DNA from: Rotaria socialis
Lineage: Eukaryota
Length of the DNA stretch: 20,000 nt
Direction of reading: 5' to 3'
Assembly (NCBI GenBank): GCA_905331295.1
Contig: CAJNYD010000209.1
Coordinates: forward strand, 58,587 to 78,586
Of the stretch, positions 1-10,926 are shown piece after piece. Made by a program: the position numbers and the translations under genes. The number at the start of each line of letters is the position of its first letter. Position 1 is the stretch's first letter. The notes beneath the pieces are model-generated. The model had not been told where the DNA came from and searched no databases. It saw nothing but the letters and a program-made list of their open reading frames with translations.

Positions 1-750
1 ATATTAGTAATGTAAACTTAATTACGTCACGGCGATATGTTCATTAGCTCTATGATTTATAAGTGGAGGTCCGGCGGTTTCTATAACTCCCTATTTAATC
101 TAGTACTTCATGAGAGACGTACTTCTTGGCACAGATATATTATCGACTATTACGTAGTATTTCTATCTTTAAACTTAAGTATCAGACATTGCGTCTTTTC
201 CGATGAAAAGAATATTTTAAAATCTTTAAATTATTTTTTATTACACTTTTTTTGTTCTCTTAATTGAACCATAAAGGGGTATTTTCTATACTGTGTTTTA
301 AATTATATTCCTATATACTTTCATATTTTTCTCATTAATGATGTTCTTCTTTAAAGAACATGTTTTATTTTACTCTATAAATTATTTTCTAGTTTACAGT
401 GTAGAAAAAATATTCTATGACATTAGCAGAAATATTAACTAGAAGAGAAAACGTAAGAACAACTCATTTCATACAGATCTTAATCGAAATTGAAGTAGAT
501 TCTCCAAAAGTTAGAAAACTCAAAAAAAAAATTCAACGATTTAAAGAGAAAAAAAGATGAAAGGAAAATGTCTTCCTACTAGAATATTCTTTACAAGGAT
601 ATCTCTCCCAAATCTCAATAAATCTGATCCAGATTTGTTGCAGGAACACAAAAATATATATCTATATATCTTAAAAACATGTTTATTAATGATGCTTGAC
701 ACTGAATCAGAATCGATTAGTTCCAGATGATTTACAAGAAAAGAAGAAAA

Positions 751-773
751 AACAACAACAACAACAACAACAA
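751..773 (+). repeat. (AAC)7 microsatellite
   Basis: aacaacaacaacaacaacaacaa read directly. Confidence 0.9.
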
Positions 774-2597
774 AACAAAATTATTGTTCTGTTCAGATAT
801 GTATGAAACAGCAAAATATATCGCTAATTTCATATTTCAACAGAAGTGTTCTATCTAATAGCTAACTATACATGAATACCGAAATATTCTTTTGTTTTGT
901 GTCATCAGTATGATAATTCCATTTGTAAATTCAGTCAAATGCTTTATTCATTCTCTTTTTGATGAAAAGATAATTTTAGCTGATTTGATCCAAAAATGAT
1001 TTGAGACTTGATAAGAAGAACTGGTGTGTAGCTACATCTAATAAAGTTCATTGATATTTTCGGACGAAATACAATTTTTTTTAAATAAAATATAGTCTGA
1101 TTATATTTTCTATGTTAACTTAAAAACAAATAAAAGTATCTATTTGAATTATAAATAGACAGAAAACTAGTGATGTAAAATAGGAAAAAAGCACGCTCGA
1201 ATAAGCTCAACATTTGCCATTTGTAAATGTTTATGTGAGTTCTAATTCAACTGCATCAGTTAACATAATGAACGGTTCGTATTCATTAAAAATGCTTAGT
1301 TGTCTGATGCTTTTACTTGTATGAGTTATACTTACTAAATTTTTCTGTCTATCTATTCAACTTCATATATCTAACTAATATTCATTGTAGTGTTAAGTTG
1401 ATTTTTACAAATTTTGTTTTTCGAAATTTCTTTACAAAGTGAAAAAAGAAAAGTTTTATTGTCTTACAACACACCATCTCCCATAGTCTACATAGTTTCG
1501 ATCTTCTTTTTATTTACAAATTCAACATATATAATGAGTTTTAAAGTCGGCTTCTATTCATGTGAGACCAAACAAGACAGAACTAAATAATCTAGTAATA
1601 GTTATTTTAAAGTAGTAATAAAGTATATAAAATAGTGAAGTAGATAAAAAAAACATTCTCAATATCGGTTTACTTACAAGATTAAGATACATGTGCGAAA
1701 TCAATAGGATGTTTCCATTCATGATCTCGAAATCAATCAAAATCATAAGACTAAACTATATGAACTGCTCTGTCGACATGAGTCATTTTTCAATTTTCTC
1801 ATTCTATCAGTCTTCTTTTGTTTGGTGTTATTCAATGAGCAGCAAATCCCTAGCGGAAGCTAATGATCAAGTGATCATCCTTTTTATATTTTCTAATACT
1901 TTCCCGGGCATCTTTCTGTGTCTCCTTAAATCTTTTATCTACTACCTATGCTCAGCGTGGACATTAAATTGAACATTCAAGTATGGTACTACTAAAACGG
2001 TGATGTGTTTTTCTTTAGAATTTATTGTCAATCATAACAAACCAAAATTCTTTTTATTCGCAACTTTGTCGTCAGGTTTTTTCTGAGAAACAATGAAACT
2101 ATATACACGATAGATATGTATAATTCAGAAATCTGTAACAAATCGAAAATTATGCGGAAAAAATTTCAAAGTCAAGCTTGAGACTTCGACTGGAAATGAT
2201 AAAAGTCACTAGTAATCAACTTGAGAAACATTTTTGTTTCGTTAAAAATTAAATTTATTTTGTGGAATCGAGTCAGCAGTTCTAAAACGTGCTATTTTAT
2301 ATTGCAGAAAAAGAACACGAAAAAGATCAAATAGGTCTCTGAAAAGTTCAGAAAATGGTATCAAACAATAATGAGATAATCGTTGATTTTCAAACAGCTA
2401 AGATGTTTTTTTCTAATAGTCTCGGTTTCTTACACTAGCATCAGAAATTCTTCATTTGTATTTCTTCAAGTTGTCTTTCAGTTGAACTCTTTTAATCAAT
2501 AGAATCAATAGAAAAGCTGCACGAGAATTACTAGCTATTCACGTATCAATTAATCACTATGACTGCTAGTTGAACAAAAAGCTAATTGTCTTATTAC

Positions 2598-3363
2598 CTG
2601 AATATGATGGTTGTGGATCAGCATCGATAGGATTCAAATAAATATTTTCGCGAATCATAATTGAACTAACGCGTTACGGCATTTGTTTTCCTTTACTTTC
2701 TTCATAAACCTCAGCACCAACAGAGGAAAAGATCAAATCTATATGCTTATTTGGAACGACAATCTGTTTCAATAAATGTTTCGTATACAACCCATTCCTA
2801 TCTTGACCACCGCCATCTGCTGCTAAGCTACCAGGAGCACATGCAAACTGAAGAAGAGTGCCTCCTGGTGCTATCATTGCGTGCAATCCCGAACCACTAC
2901 TTTTTGCACCTCGAAATTTACTTGTATCATCAAACAGATATTCACGACAACAGTCCAAAATAAAGATAGTGGCATATGACGTTTGTGACGACAAACTTTC
3001 TAAAGTTTCTTGAGCATTAACTGAATTAAATTTAATGTTTGTTTCTCTCTTTATTTTTTCATCTGCATCAACTGGTAACAAATAATTTTGCTCTTTATAT
3101 TGAAAACCATGACCAGCAAAATAAAACATTACTAAATCTTGATCTTGAATTTCATCAGCAAAATTGTCGATCAAATTAGCCATTTTTTGATGTGTACAAT
3201 CAGTACCCAAAGTGACTTCAAAGCCAATTGTGCGTAAGGCATCAGCCAAATCATTGGCATCGTTCACAGAGTTAGCCAACGGCTTCTTGCTATAATTTTG
3301 ATTGCCTATGACTAATGCTACTTTTCTGTGAAGTTTTGACATACTACCACTTAGAGATGCCAT
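2598..3363 (-). pseudogene. Caspase-like peptidase C14 (p20 domain) exon with one premature TAA; pseudogene or truncated allele
   Basis: ORF 3363-2674 has ALVIGNQNY, VNDA, FYFAGHG (catalytic His), NYLLPVDA, ILDCCR (catalytic Cys), FACAPG and RNGLYTKHLL. After TAA at 2676-2674 the frame continues as RVSSIMIRENIYLNPIDADPQPSYS to a CAG|GTAATA donor (GT at 2597-2596). An acceptor-like TTTAG lies 3 nt before the ATG. Confidence 0.85.
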
Positions 3364-4369
3364 TGTCTAAACGATGAAATACAATATTGATGATTTCTAC
3401 ACTGAAGTATATGTGTTTTTATTGAAGCTGCGTTTCAGAATAAAAAGAAAGAAACAAAATAAAGATAATATGCAAACATGTTTAGTCTTTCTTCATCTCC
3501 TTGATTTTGCGTCGAATAATTGCTTATCTCTGTGCAACATTATATGCATACGAAATTGTGAAAAATGATAAGATAATAAATAGAAATATGTGTCTTAATG
3601 TTTCGGATGAAAAAAGCAAGATAGAAGTAAAGTTAGAACAATCCCTGTGGGATTAGAATGGGAGACAAGGTGTAGCTGTTTCATTTTATCTATTTTGCGA
3701 TAAACTATTATCTGTGCCAGAATTCAGTGTTGATTGACGTAAGACAAATATTTCGAGAATGATAGTAACTGACGAGTTTCGGGTTTCATCAATCCAAAGA
3801 GGCTGCACCAGACCGTGTTGTAATATATTATTATGTAAGATGAAATGATTACCCGAGGAATATTTTCTGCAAATCTTTCCGAGAAATATGCACAATAACA
3901 CTATGTGACGGCAATTAATTTTTGACTTTAACATATACGTTGGAAAGAGAGCCTTCGGATCTATACTGCAAGATCTGTTAGATGAGTGAATCTATAATTA
4001 TTTTAATTTGAAACTAAATTTTTATTGATTACCAGTATAGAGTTTGTTCAAAATTCATGTAATCAGGTACGTATGAAAATAAGTAGATAGGTGAATAATT
4101 ACTCTGTTTTCGTTCCCAAGAATGCTTTCGTGAACTGCATTAAAGTTGTATGATCTCTTTCGCCTCAGTGTAATGATTTCAGTGATACATCTTCGTCTCA
4201 GGCACTATACATTTCGTATTTCTGGAATATTTATATATTGTTTATTTAGAGCTGGAAAACATTTTTGTTAATTTTGAATAGCTGTCTTATACCGCGTATC
4301 GGTGTTCTTTTTTTTACCCGAGTATTCCAATAGATGATACAAACAGCATCAAGCGACTAGAATAGGGGC

Positions 4370-5460
4370 TACGATGTCAAAAATCAATATTATCTTCAGT
4401 ACTAGATGTGATTTCTAGTTGCATCGCCATCGTAATCAGCAATACACTATACAATAAAAGCTTGGGCATCAGCAATTCAAAAGTGAATGTTGTTCTTTTG
4501 TACGTTTTGTTTTAAAATTCCCAAATAATAACTCAGTAGGGTCAAACAGCAATGTCTGAAAGATAGCCGAACGATTTCCACAGTTAATTGCGCATAGTTT
4601 CAGCAGACGGTTGAATGATGCAATTTATAATAGCTCTGCTTTTGGCGATATTTTATTACAAGGAATATCACGACTATTTAAGCACTGTTTTAACTATTCT
4701 TTTCGTCAATATATTTTTGTTCGTTTGCATGGATCAACCAGTTCGCAATACAAATACGTATTGGTGAACCTATTCGATATTCGATTCAGACATTACGCTA
4801 AAAATGTAGGAAATAAAGTTTATCATACTATTGTCATTGCAAAGGTCAACTGAATGATCTTTTGAATAAGAAAATATATAAACAGTTGGTAAATCAATCC
4901 CATTAGTATTCATAATTGCTGATATTGCAATTCTAGTCTAAAATTGCACAATTCCCTATTTATTTCCAATATAAAGCTGAGACAGCTACATTTCTCTTAG
5001 CTCTTCTTTGTTCTTCCCTGTTCGTTACTGACTATCCACATTGAAGTTTTTTCAACATAGGCATTAATTGAGATTTCATTGTGAAAAAAGCAAGTGCACT
5101 GGTATTGCATAATCATCCATGCTTCGAAAACAAATCGCTCTCTGAGCAATAAAGGCAACCTTATCGAGTGGAAGTTTTATCTTGCCAGTAGATTCATAAG
5201 AAAAGCCAAAATGATGAAGACGTCAATGAAATGTTGCTTTAGATTCAATTGGAAAATCGTTTTCCACTTGATGAAATCTTTCTAAAAGATTGAAGGTTAT
5301 TTCTCAACTATCTTCCTTTGATCTTGGATAATTGTCTCACTTTTCATATTCAACCAAGATGCAATAGTTGATACTCTTCTTGTTCAAAATTTTCTGTTAA
5401 CAGGAGTTCATTTTTGATTTGAGTAAAGTACCTTCTAAAATGTTCCACATCGTCATCAGT
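4370..5460 (-). mobile_element. Degenerate IS630/Tc1-mariner superfamily (DDE) transposase relic
   Basis: Manual minus-strand translation across stops and frameshifts gives colinear fragments: LLERFHQVENDFPIESKATFH*RLHHFGFSYE, KLPLDKVAFIAQRAICFR, FHNEISIN (former HDETW motif), EKTSMWI, RIAISAIMNTNG, GSPIRICI, *RKE*LKQCLNSRDIP, PKAELL and VEIVRLSFRHCCL/PTEL (former LP..HC.LNPIE). TIRs were not identified. Confidence 0.75.
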
Positions 5461-5585
5461 CGATGGATACAATTATAATGTGAAACTGAAGGATCTGCTT
5501 TATCATTTTACACAATTTAGATACACGAATTATTATTTTCTTCAGATTAAGTGAAAAATGAACACTACTTAGTATGATATCTTGA

Positions 5586-5652
5586 GGGTGTGGGCGTGGG
5601 TGCGTAGAGACAATGAATCAGTGAACCCACAGCTACACTCACAGCCACACCC
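5586..5652. repeat. Imperfect GT/CA-rich inverted repeat
   Basis: gggtgtgggcgtgggtgcgtag ... ctacactcacagccacaccc, a GC-rich island about 125 bp upstream of the transposase relic. Confidence 0.55.
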
Positions 5653-8480
5653 AGTTTTAGATTTTTCACCATGATTTTATCATATTTATTATGCTATAAA
5701 CAAGAATAGTATCGAAACTTTCGAGTCACTTTCAAATCATTGTAAAATCGAATATAATGAGTATCAAAGAAAGAGATAGGATCATTTATGTGTAGTTAAT
5801 TCTTTTCGTTTGTATTTTTCTTTTGAAACATTGTAATAATGAAGTTCAGATGATATTTATTGAATTATTTAGATGGCTATGATTTGAAATAGATGAGTTT
5901 TTACTTCCTATATAGACGTTTTACTTTCATTCTTTTTTTTACTTTTTTGTATTCATTGTACGAAAATCCAACAAAAGATAAAAGTCTCATTAATTTAGTT
6001 TCTACAATAAAACAAGCACCAGTACTGAAAGAGTACATTTTACGTCGAAGTTATCTTATTTTATGTCGGTTTCACACTATGATATTCAACTAACATGTTC
6101 TAAGTAAAAAACCAACGTTCAAGCCTACAAGTTCAATGTGCTTGAGAGATGTGGATATTGGAAATTTTTGATCAAGTCGGACACTCTCAGGCTATACAAT
6201 AAACCGATCTGGTCCTCACGGTATACGGTCATCGTGTAAGATGTGGTTAATTAATCGATTTAATTTTTAAAAAGTTATAGCTAGGATAAAATTCTAAATC
6301 GAGAATGAATCATGCTTGACTCAATATGCTTTGATTAACAATTTATTTGACAAATTTACAGTCGTTGAAAAAGAAAACAAATTCCGAAAGAATAGAATTT
6401 ATCGCGTGTCTACCGGAAACACATTTTACAGTACCAACTCATAATCTTACGTGTGCTGGGTGATAGATTTTCTACACATCTATGATCAAAAGACACCCTG
6501 TATTAACTTATCTAAAGCCTTCTCTTTATCGTTTTTCGTCGACTTCTATATGAGATGAGCCCTACATTGGAGTCACCTCATATAGTCGATACATTGCTCT
6601 GTTGCTGAAATGTTCTCATCTTTATTAGGTGACGAAACTTTATGAATATAGGGTAAACTTAAAGTTTGTTTTTATTCTATGCCATTGAAATAGCCACATC
6701 ATCAGTAGGATTGATTTTGAACTAACATTTTGTAATGTATGACGTTAGTGCCGACCCGACAAGAATTTACAACTACTGGCTAAAAACTTATATTCACAAA
6801 GAAACACATAAACTTTAGTTTTTATTCAATAGAGACAGTCTATCGGATTCAAAATGTATTGATCCAAAGCTGGTCTGATGAAAACTAGAATTGTGATGCC
6901 CCGTTGGTTTTTATAGTAAAAGAATCGAATAATGAGTGTGCTTAGGGCATGATTGATTAGCATATGAGAATAGTTATTGAATAAGGAGCCAAATTTTGTA
7001 CACTATTGAGTGAAACGCAAGCCAACTCTCAAATTTATACAAAATAGGCCTTAATTTATTCTCCCTTTCGTTACTTGACTACTCATGTGTCTAGTGGAAT
7101 AATAGAGAGATATGGTTCAATCTGTCTAATAATTTACTCACTCACGAACAAAAAATTGAAAATGAACGGCGTCTTTTTGTTGTTATTGTTGGAAAAATTC
7201 TTACGACGTACATCGTTCGTCTATTTTTTCCTCATGACTTCATATCTGTATTTTACGATAGGACAGCATTTATCTGCTCTGTTTTATCTAGCTCCTTTTT
7301 TTATGTTTCTCAAAACGTGTAAAAGTATAAATTCTTTTAAAAAGAACTACATAAAGAAACACTAAAATATTCAGTAAGCGAGTAAGCGATGGAATGGTGA
7401 CAAAGCAGAATAAATTCTTATCTCTATAAAATTTAATTCTCTGTGATTTCAAGTGCCGAGTTTCTTTTTAAAAAATCGATGTTGACTGTAACTAGAAGAG
7501 GAGACATTAAGCCTCTGCTCAACCTTTCAATTATTCTATTTCAACAGACTAGGATTCTATTTGTTAAAATATTTTGCATCTATTTTAAGTTGAGATAAAA
7601 ATCAAATCAATAAACTTATACCGCGATTCGATACTTGATTGTATCACTCACTGAAAACAAGAGAAAGAAGAAATTTAGCTTACGGATTTGAATTTGTACT
7701 TCAAAAATATTCACATTCTCATGAAAATAATCTAAAAAATGATTTATGATACAATACATGTATAACAATTTAGAAGTATCCTGAAATTTTTTCTTGATAA
7801 ATTCACAAAATTGAAGCATGTATACGTAGCGATTGAAAGAAGTCAATCAGAATCATTCAAAAATATCAATACTAAATCAAAAAATCGAAATATGCACATT
7901 TTTAGACAGCATGTACTGTCAAGTGTAAGAAAAAGAAGTTCAATGATAGCGAACTTTTCTTAATCTTAAACGTCATAAAAACGATGCATCTATCGTGTGA
8001 AAATATGAAATACTTTTAGACTTTTTCATTGATACAGTAGGGCTACTATGATAATACGAAGAAAAATCTTTGCATTTCATGTCACTAATCTTTATACAAA
8101 TTCAAAGATGTTGATTTTTTTCCATTTATCTCTTTTTTATTTTGCAAGTAGAAAAGTTAAGCCAATTAGCTTTTAATAATCATGTTCGTTAAAATGTGAT
8201 TCTTATTATAAAAACATGCCTTTCTCTCTTTTTTGATGCTGTATTGAATTTATTTAAATATTATTCAAATTCTTGAAAAAAAGATAGTTCTCAACTTTAA
8301 TGATGTAATTAAATAACCAAATGTAAAAATATTTGTAAACATATCATGGACAAAATTGGCACCGAGTAAGAAAAAGCACTTGATTACAATAGATGATGAT
8401 AATGAGAAAAGAAGTTTTCATGTGGAACTTTGCTGGCCATTGAAATGATCTTTGTCGAAGTCAGTTTCAATTGATTGTTC

Positions 8481-8898
8481 TCATAGCATTACTTCTTTTT
8501 TAATCAATAATTGTTGGATATGGATCGAGGCCTTTGACATATCACCAACATCAACCATAATCTTAATAAATATTGTATCATCGCGAACATATGGATTAGA
8601 TTTTTGTTGGATCATCGGCAATGAAAACAATTTATCTGTACCACTAGAAACATTAATTTCTGAGCTTAGTCTTCGCAAACTATTCGATTTAACATATATG
8701 CAATTTTGCAATTCAAGAGAAACTTTAAAATCGTATCATTTGTTAGTCTACGCATTTGAACAAAAAGCAGTGACATAAGTGTACGTCTAGCAGTCGCATG
8801 ATCGTTTAAGTAAAGTCGAGCTCGTATCTTGTAGTCAGTTGGTGATAAATAAAATGGAGACGAATAAATTTACGTTTGCATATCAGATTGCGCGTACA
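8481..8898 (-). pseudogene. TRAF-family MATH-domain terminal exon, degenerate
   Basis: After an AG acceptor (8900-8899) it reads YAQSDMQT*IYSSPFYLSPTDYKIRARLYLNDHATARRTLMSLLFVQMR...ILKFLLNCKI. It then frameshifts to SNSLRRLSSEINVSSGTDKLFSLPMIQQKSNPYVRDDTIFIKIMVD. This matches the TRAF-C pattern (SPPFY..GYK.R.RLYLNG..H.SLF; SF.RP...N.ASG; Y..DDT.FIK..VD). There is a stop at 8872-8870 and an apparent internal deletion near 8700. Confidence 0.85.
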
Positions 8899-10513
8899 CT
8901 AAAAAATAATTTTATGATCTTTTACCTCATTCCAAAGCTCGCGACGAAATACATGATACTGTTGTGGTGTTGAGTTACTGTTTTTTGTCTTTTCCAACTT
9001 AAAAGTTTTTCAACTCTTGTTAAAACACGTTCCTATCTTTGGTTTCTATGAGAAATTTGAATTACGTTTTAGTAATCATAATTATATATTACACGATGTC
9101 AATTGATTCATTCACTGTATATTTTGAAATAAAAACAAGTTATCGTTCTTCAAATCGAGTCTGACATTCAATATTTTTCATTGATGGGATATTTTACTGT
9201 TGCTACCTACGTAGTTACAATTCCATAAATTCTACAACAGAAATAAAATAAATATGACGCAAAATGTTCACACTCAGTAAACGAGCAAACTGTGAATTTG
9301 AACACAGATTTCGAGAAAGAACTCTGTCGACGACAAAGCTCTTTGGTTTGTTCTAATTTTCACCTCGATACCACTGATATGAAACACAATTGTACGATTA
9401 GCTACCAATATACTTCGATCTAAATTAAAAATGTTTTCCTATTTGTTTTGCTAATAAATTTAAAATTATGAACTTATCTAGAAGTAAAGAATCTAACTGA
9501 CTCATTTTTGTCAAGAAATTTTGTTATTTATTATTTGAATCTCATCCACAATAATACTTGTCGTTGTCATTACTGAATCGCAAGCTCTTTGTCAACAGTC
9601 TATTTGTGTGGTTCATTTTGTGCTTTAGTTTCTAATTGGTGTATCACTCAATTGAAGTGATATTAATTTCCATGCTTCATTTAACACATCCTTTCAGTGA
9701 GCAAAGTACACTAAGTTTTGCTTGAATTCGTGAAGACGTATCATTGAAAATTGAATCTTTCTCAGCAAAACTCACAGAGTTACTTCGTAATTCTTAAATA
9801 AATTATTTCATAAACATAATGAACATATTTGAAAGATCGATCGGGCATCATTTTTAAGCAAAACAAAACGTTTTTTGAATAGTTGCGTTTGTTCAAGTTC
9901 ATTGCTCCATAGTTATGTTTAACAAATGAATCAATAATATGGGAAACAGAATTATTTAATTGTTAACATGTATGTGAAGTCAATCGTTTAGTGTTAATCG
10001 ATGTAATAAATCTAATGTTCGGATTAATAGAGCATAACAAATATTCAATATATCAAATGATGACGGTTGAGCAATTCGAGGAGGTTCATCGTATTTTAAA
10101 GACCTGGATGTTGTTGAACTGATTGATGAAACAGACCGAACATTTGCTAATGTATTATTAAAATCACAAAGAATTTGTTCTTTTAGAGCATTTCAATTTG
10201 AAAGATTTCGAACTAAAATTATGATTTTTCGATCTATTGTCATTATAGATAAATCGAAATTTAAACAGGCGAATGATGAAATCATTTGCTTTATTACTAA
10301 ATCTAATTTTTGTATTTAATGTATTCGTGAAAATGCATAAAACTTGATACTTTTAAACTAATATATTAGCATGGAATTACTCTACATGTATCACATAGTT
10401 AATGTTAGATGAAGTGTATTTCATATCGAATTCAGTAAACAAAAAGACTGTCAGACTGTAGTGAATGAATTTTGTTTTTAAGAAGAGGGTTCCCGTTTCC
10501 CGAAGGAGAAGGA

Positions 10514-10686
10514 AGTGGACCGAACTCGACGGCACTGCAGTGTCGAGACGATCCGTGGCACAGGTCCGAGTGATCCTGGCCGATGTCCAAAAATCCTCTT
10601 GAAAGAGCCTGACCCCAATGGAACCAGTGCCGGCTTTCAAACCGACGAGAACAGATACTACACTTTGATCTTAGCCGAAAAGCGAT
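10514..10686 (-). ncRNA. U2: U2 spliceosomal snRNA (variant with shortened stem I)
   Basis: Minus strand begins ATCGCTTTTCGGCTAAGATCAAAGTGTAGTATCTGTTCT, with U6-pairing GCUAAGAUCA and branch-recognition GUAGUA. Also present: stem IIa GUCGGUU/AGCCGGC, stem IIb CUGGUUCC/GGGGUCAG, the IIc complement UUUCAAG, Sm site GGAUUUUUGG (10596-10587), stem III, and stem IV with loop ACUGCAGUGCC. The 3' end is approximate. Confidence 0.95.
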
Positions 10687-10709
10687 AACTATTCTGAAGG
10701 AAAGAGAAT

Positions 10710-10734
10710 CTCGACGTCGCTCCTGCATTGACAC
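10710..10734 (-). promoter_or_regulatory. Candidate proximal sequence element of U2
   Basis: GTGTCAATGCAGGAGCGACGTCGAG starts at -48 and aligns without gaps to the -49 motifs of both SL genes. Confidence 0.55.
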
Positions 10735-10770
10735 ATATTTCAAACGAAAGGACTGAAAAAAATACACAAC

Positions 10771-10795
10771 GTGTAAGGACAGCAGAGATATCGTG
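10771..10795 (+). promoter_or_regulatory. Candidate proximal sequence element of SL RNA gene A
   Basis: GTGTAAGGACAGCAGAGATATCGTG starts at -49. Similarity to the second SL locus begins exactly here. Confidence 0.6.
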
Positions 10796-10819
10796 CCTCA
10801 CTGATCGACGAGAAAAATT

Positions 10820-10926
10820 GCTTATTACAAACTTACCAAGAGGTAAATGATCTTTACTGATCAAATAGATGTTGCGATGACGAAATCATGCGAGTTGATG
10901 GAAACATCGACTTGCCAGAGCAACAC
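10820..10926 (+). ncRNA. Spliced-leader (SL) RNA gene A
   Basis: GCTTATTACAAACTTACCAAGAG|GTAAAT matches the bdelloid leader I recall (GGCTTATTACAACTTACCAAGAG) with one extra A. Donor GT is at 10843-10844 within the UUACC/GGUAA stem. The unit is about 107 nt, has further hairpins, and is followed by T5. Confidence 0.92.

Noticed and set aside
37..2000. Short ORFs at 37-267, 1558-1746 and 1691-1972, and similar ones at 3374-3934, 5893-6093, 7075-7846 and 13354-14469
   Set aside because: Low-complexity F/L/I/K-rich translations typical of random AT-rich DNA, with no motifs or coherent exon chains.
10482..10487. CCUCUU in the U2 3' flank is complementary to the SL donor region AAGAG|G
   Set aside because: Only 6 nt, expected by chance, and not shown to be part of the RNA.
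10812..10818. AATTTTTC on the strand opposite the SL genes as an Sm site of another snRNA
   Set aside because: It is the complement of the A-rich stretch just upstream of the SL start, and no U1, U4 or U5 hallmarks are present.
10377..10864. Three overlapping minus-strand ORFs (87, 111 and 68 aa)
   Set aside because: By-products of the GC-rich U2 and SL sequences, with no protein motifs.
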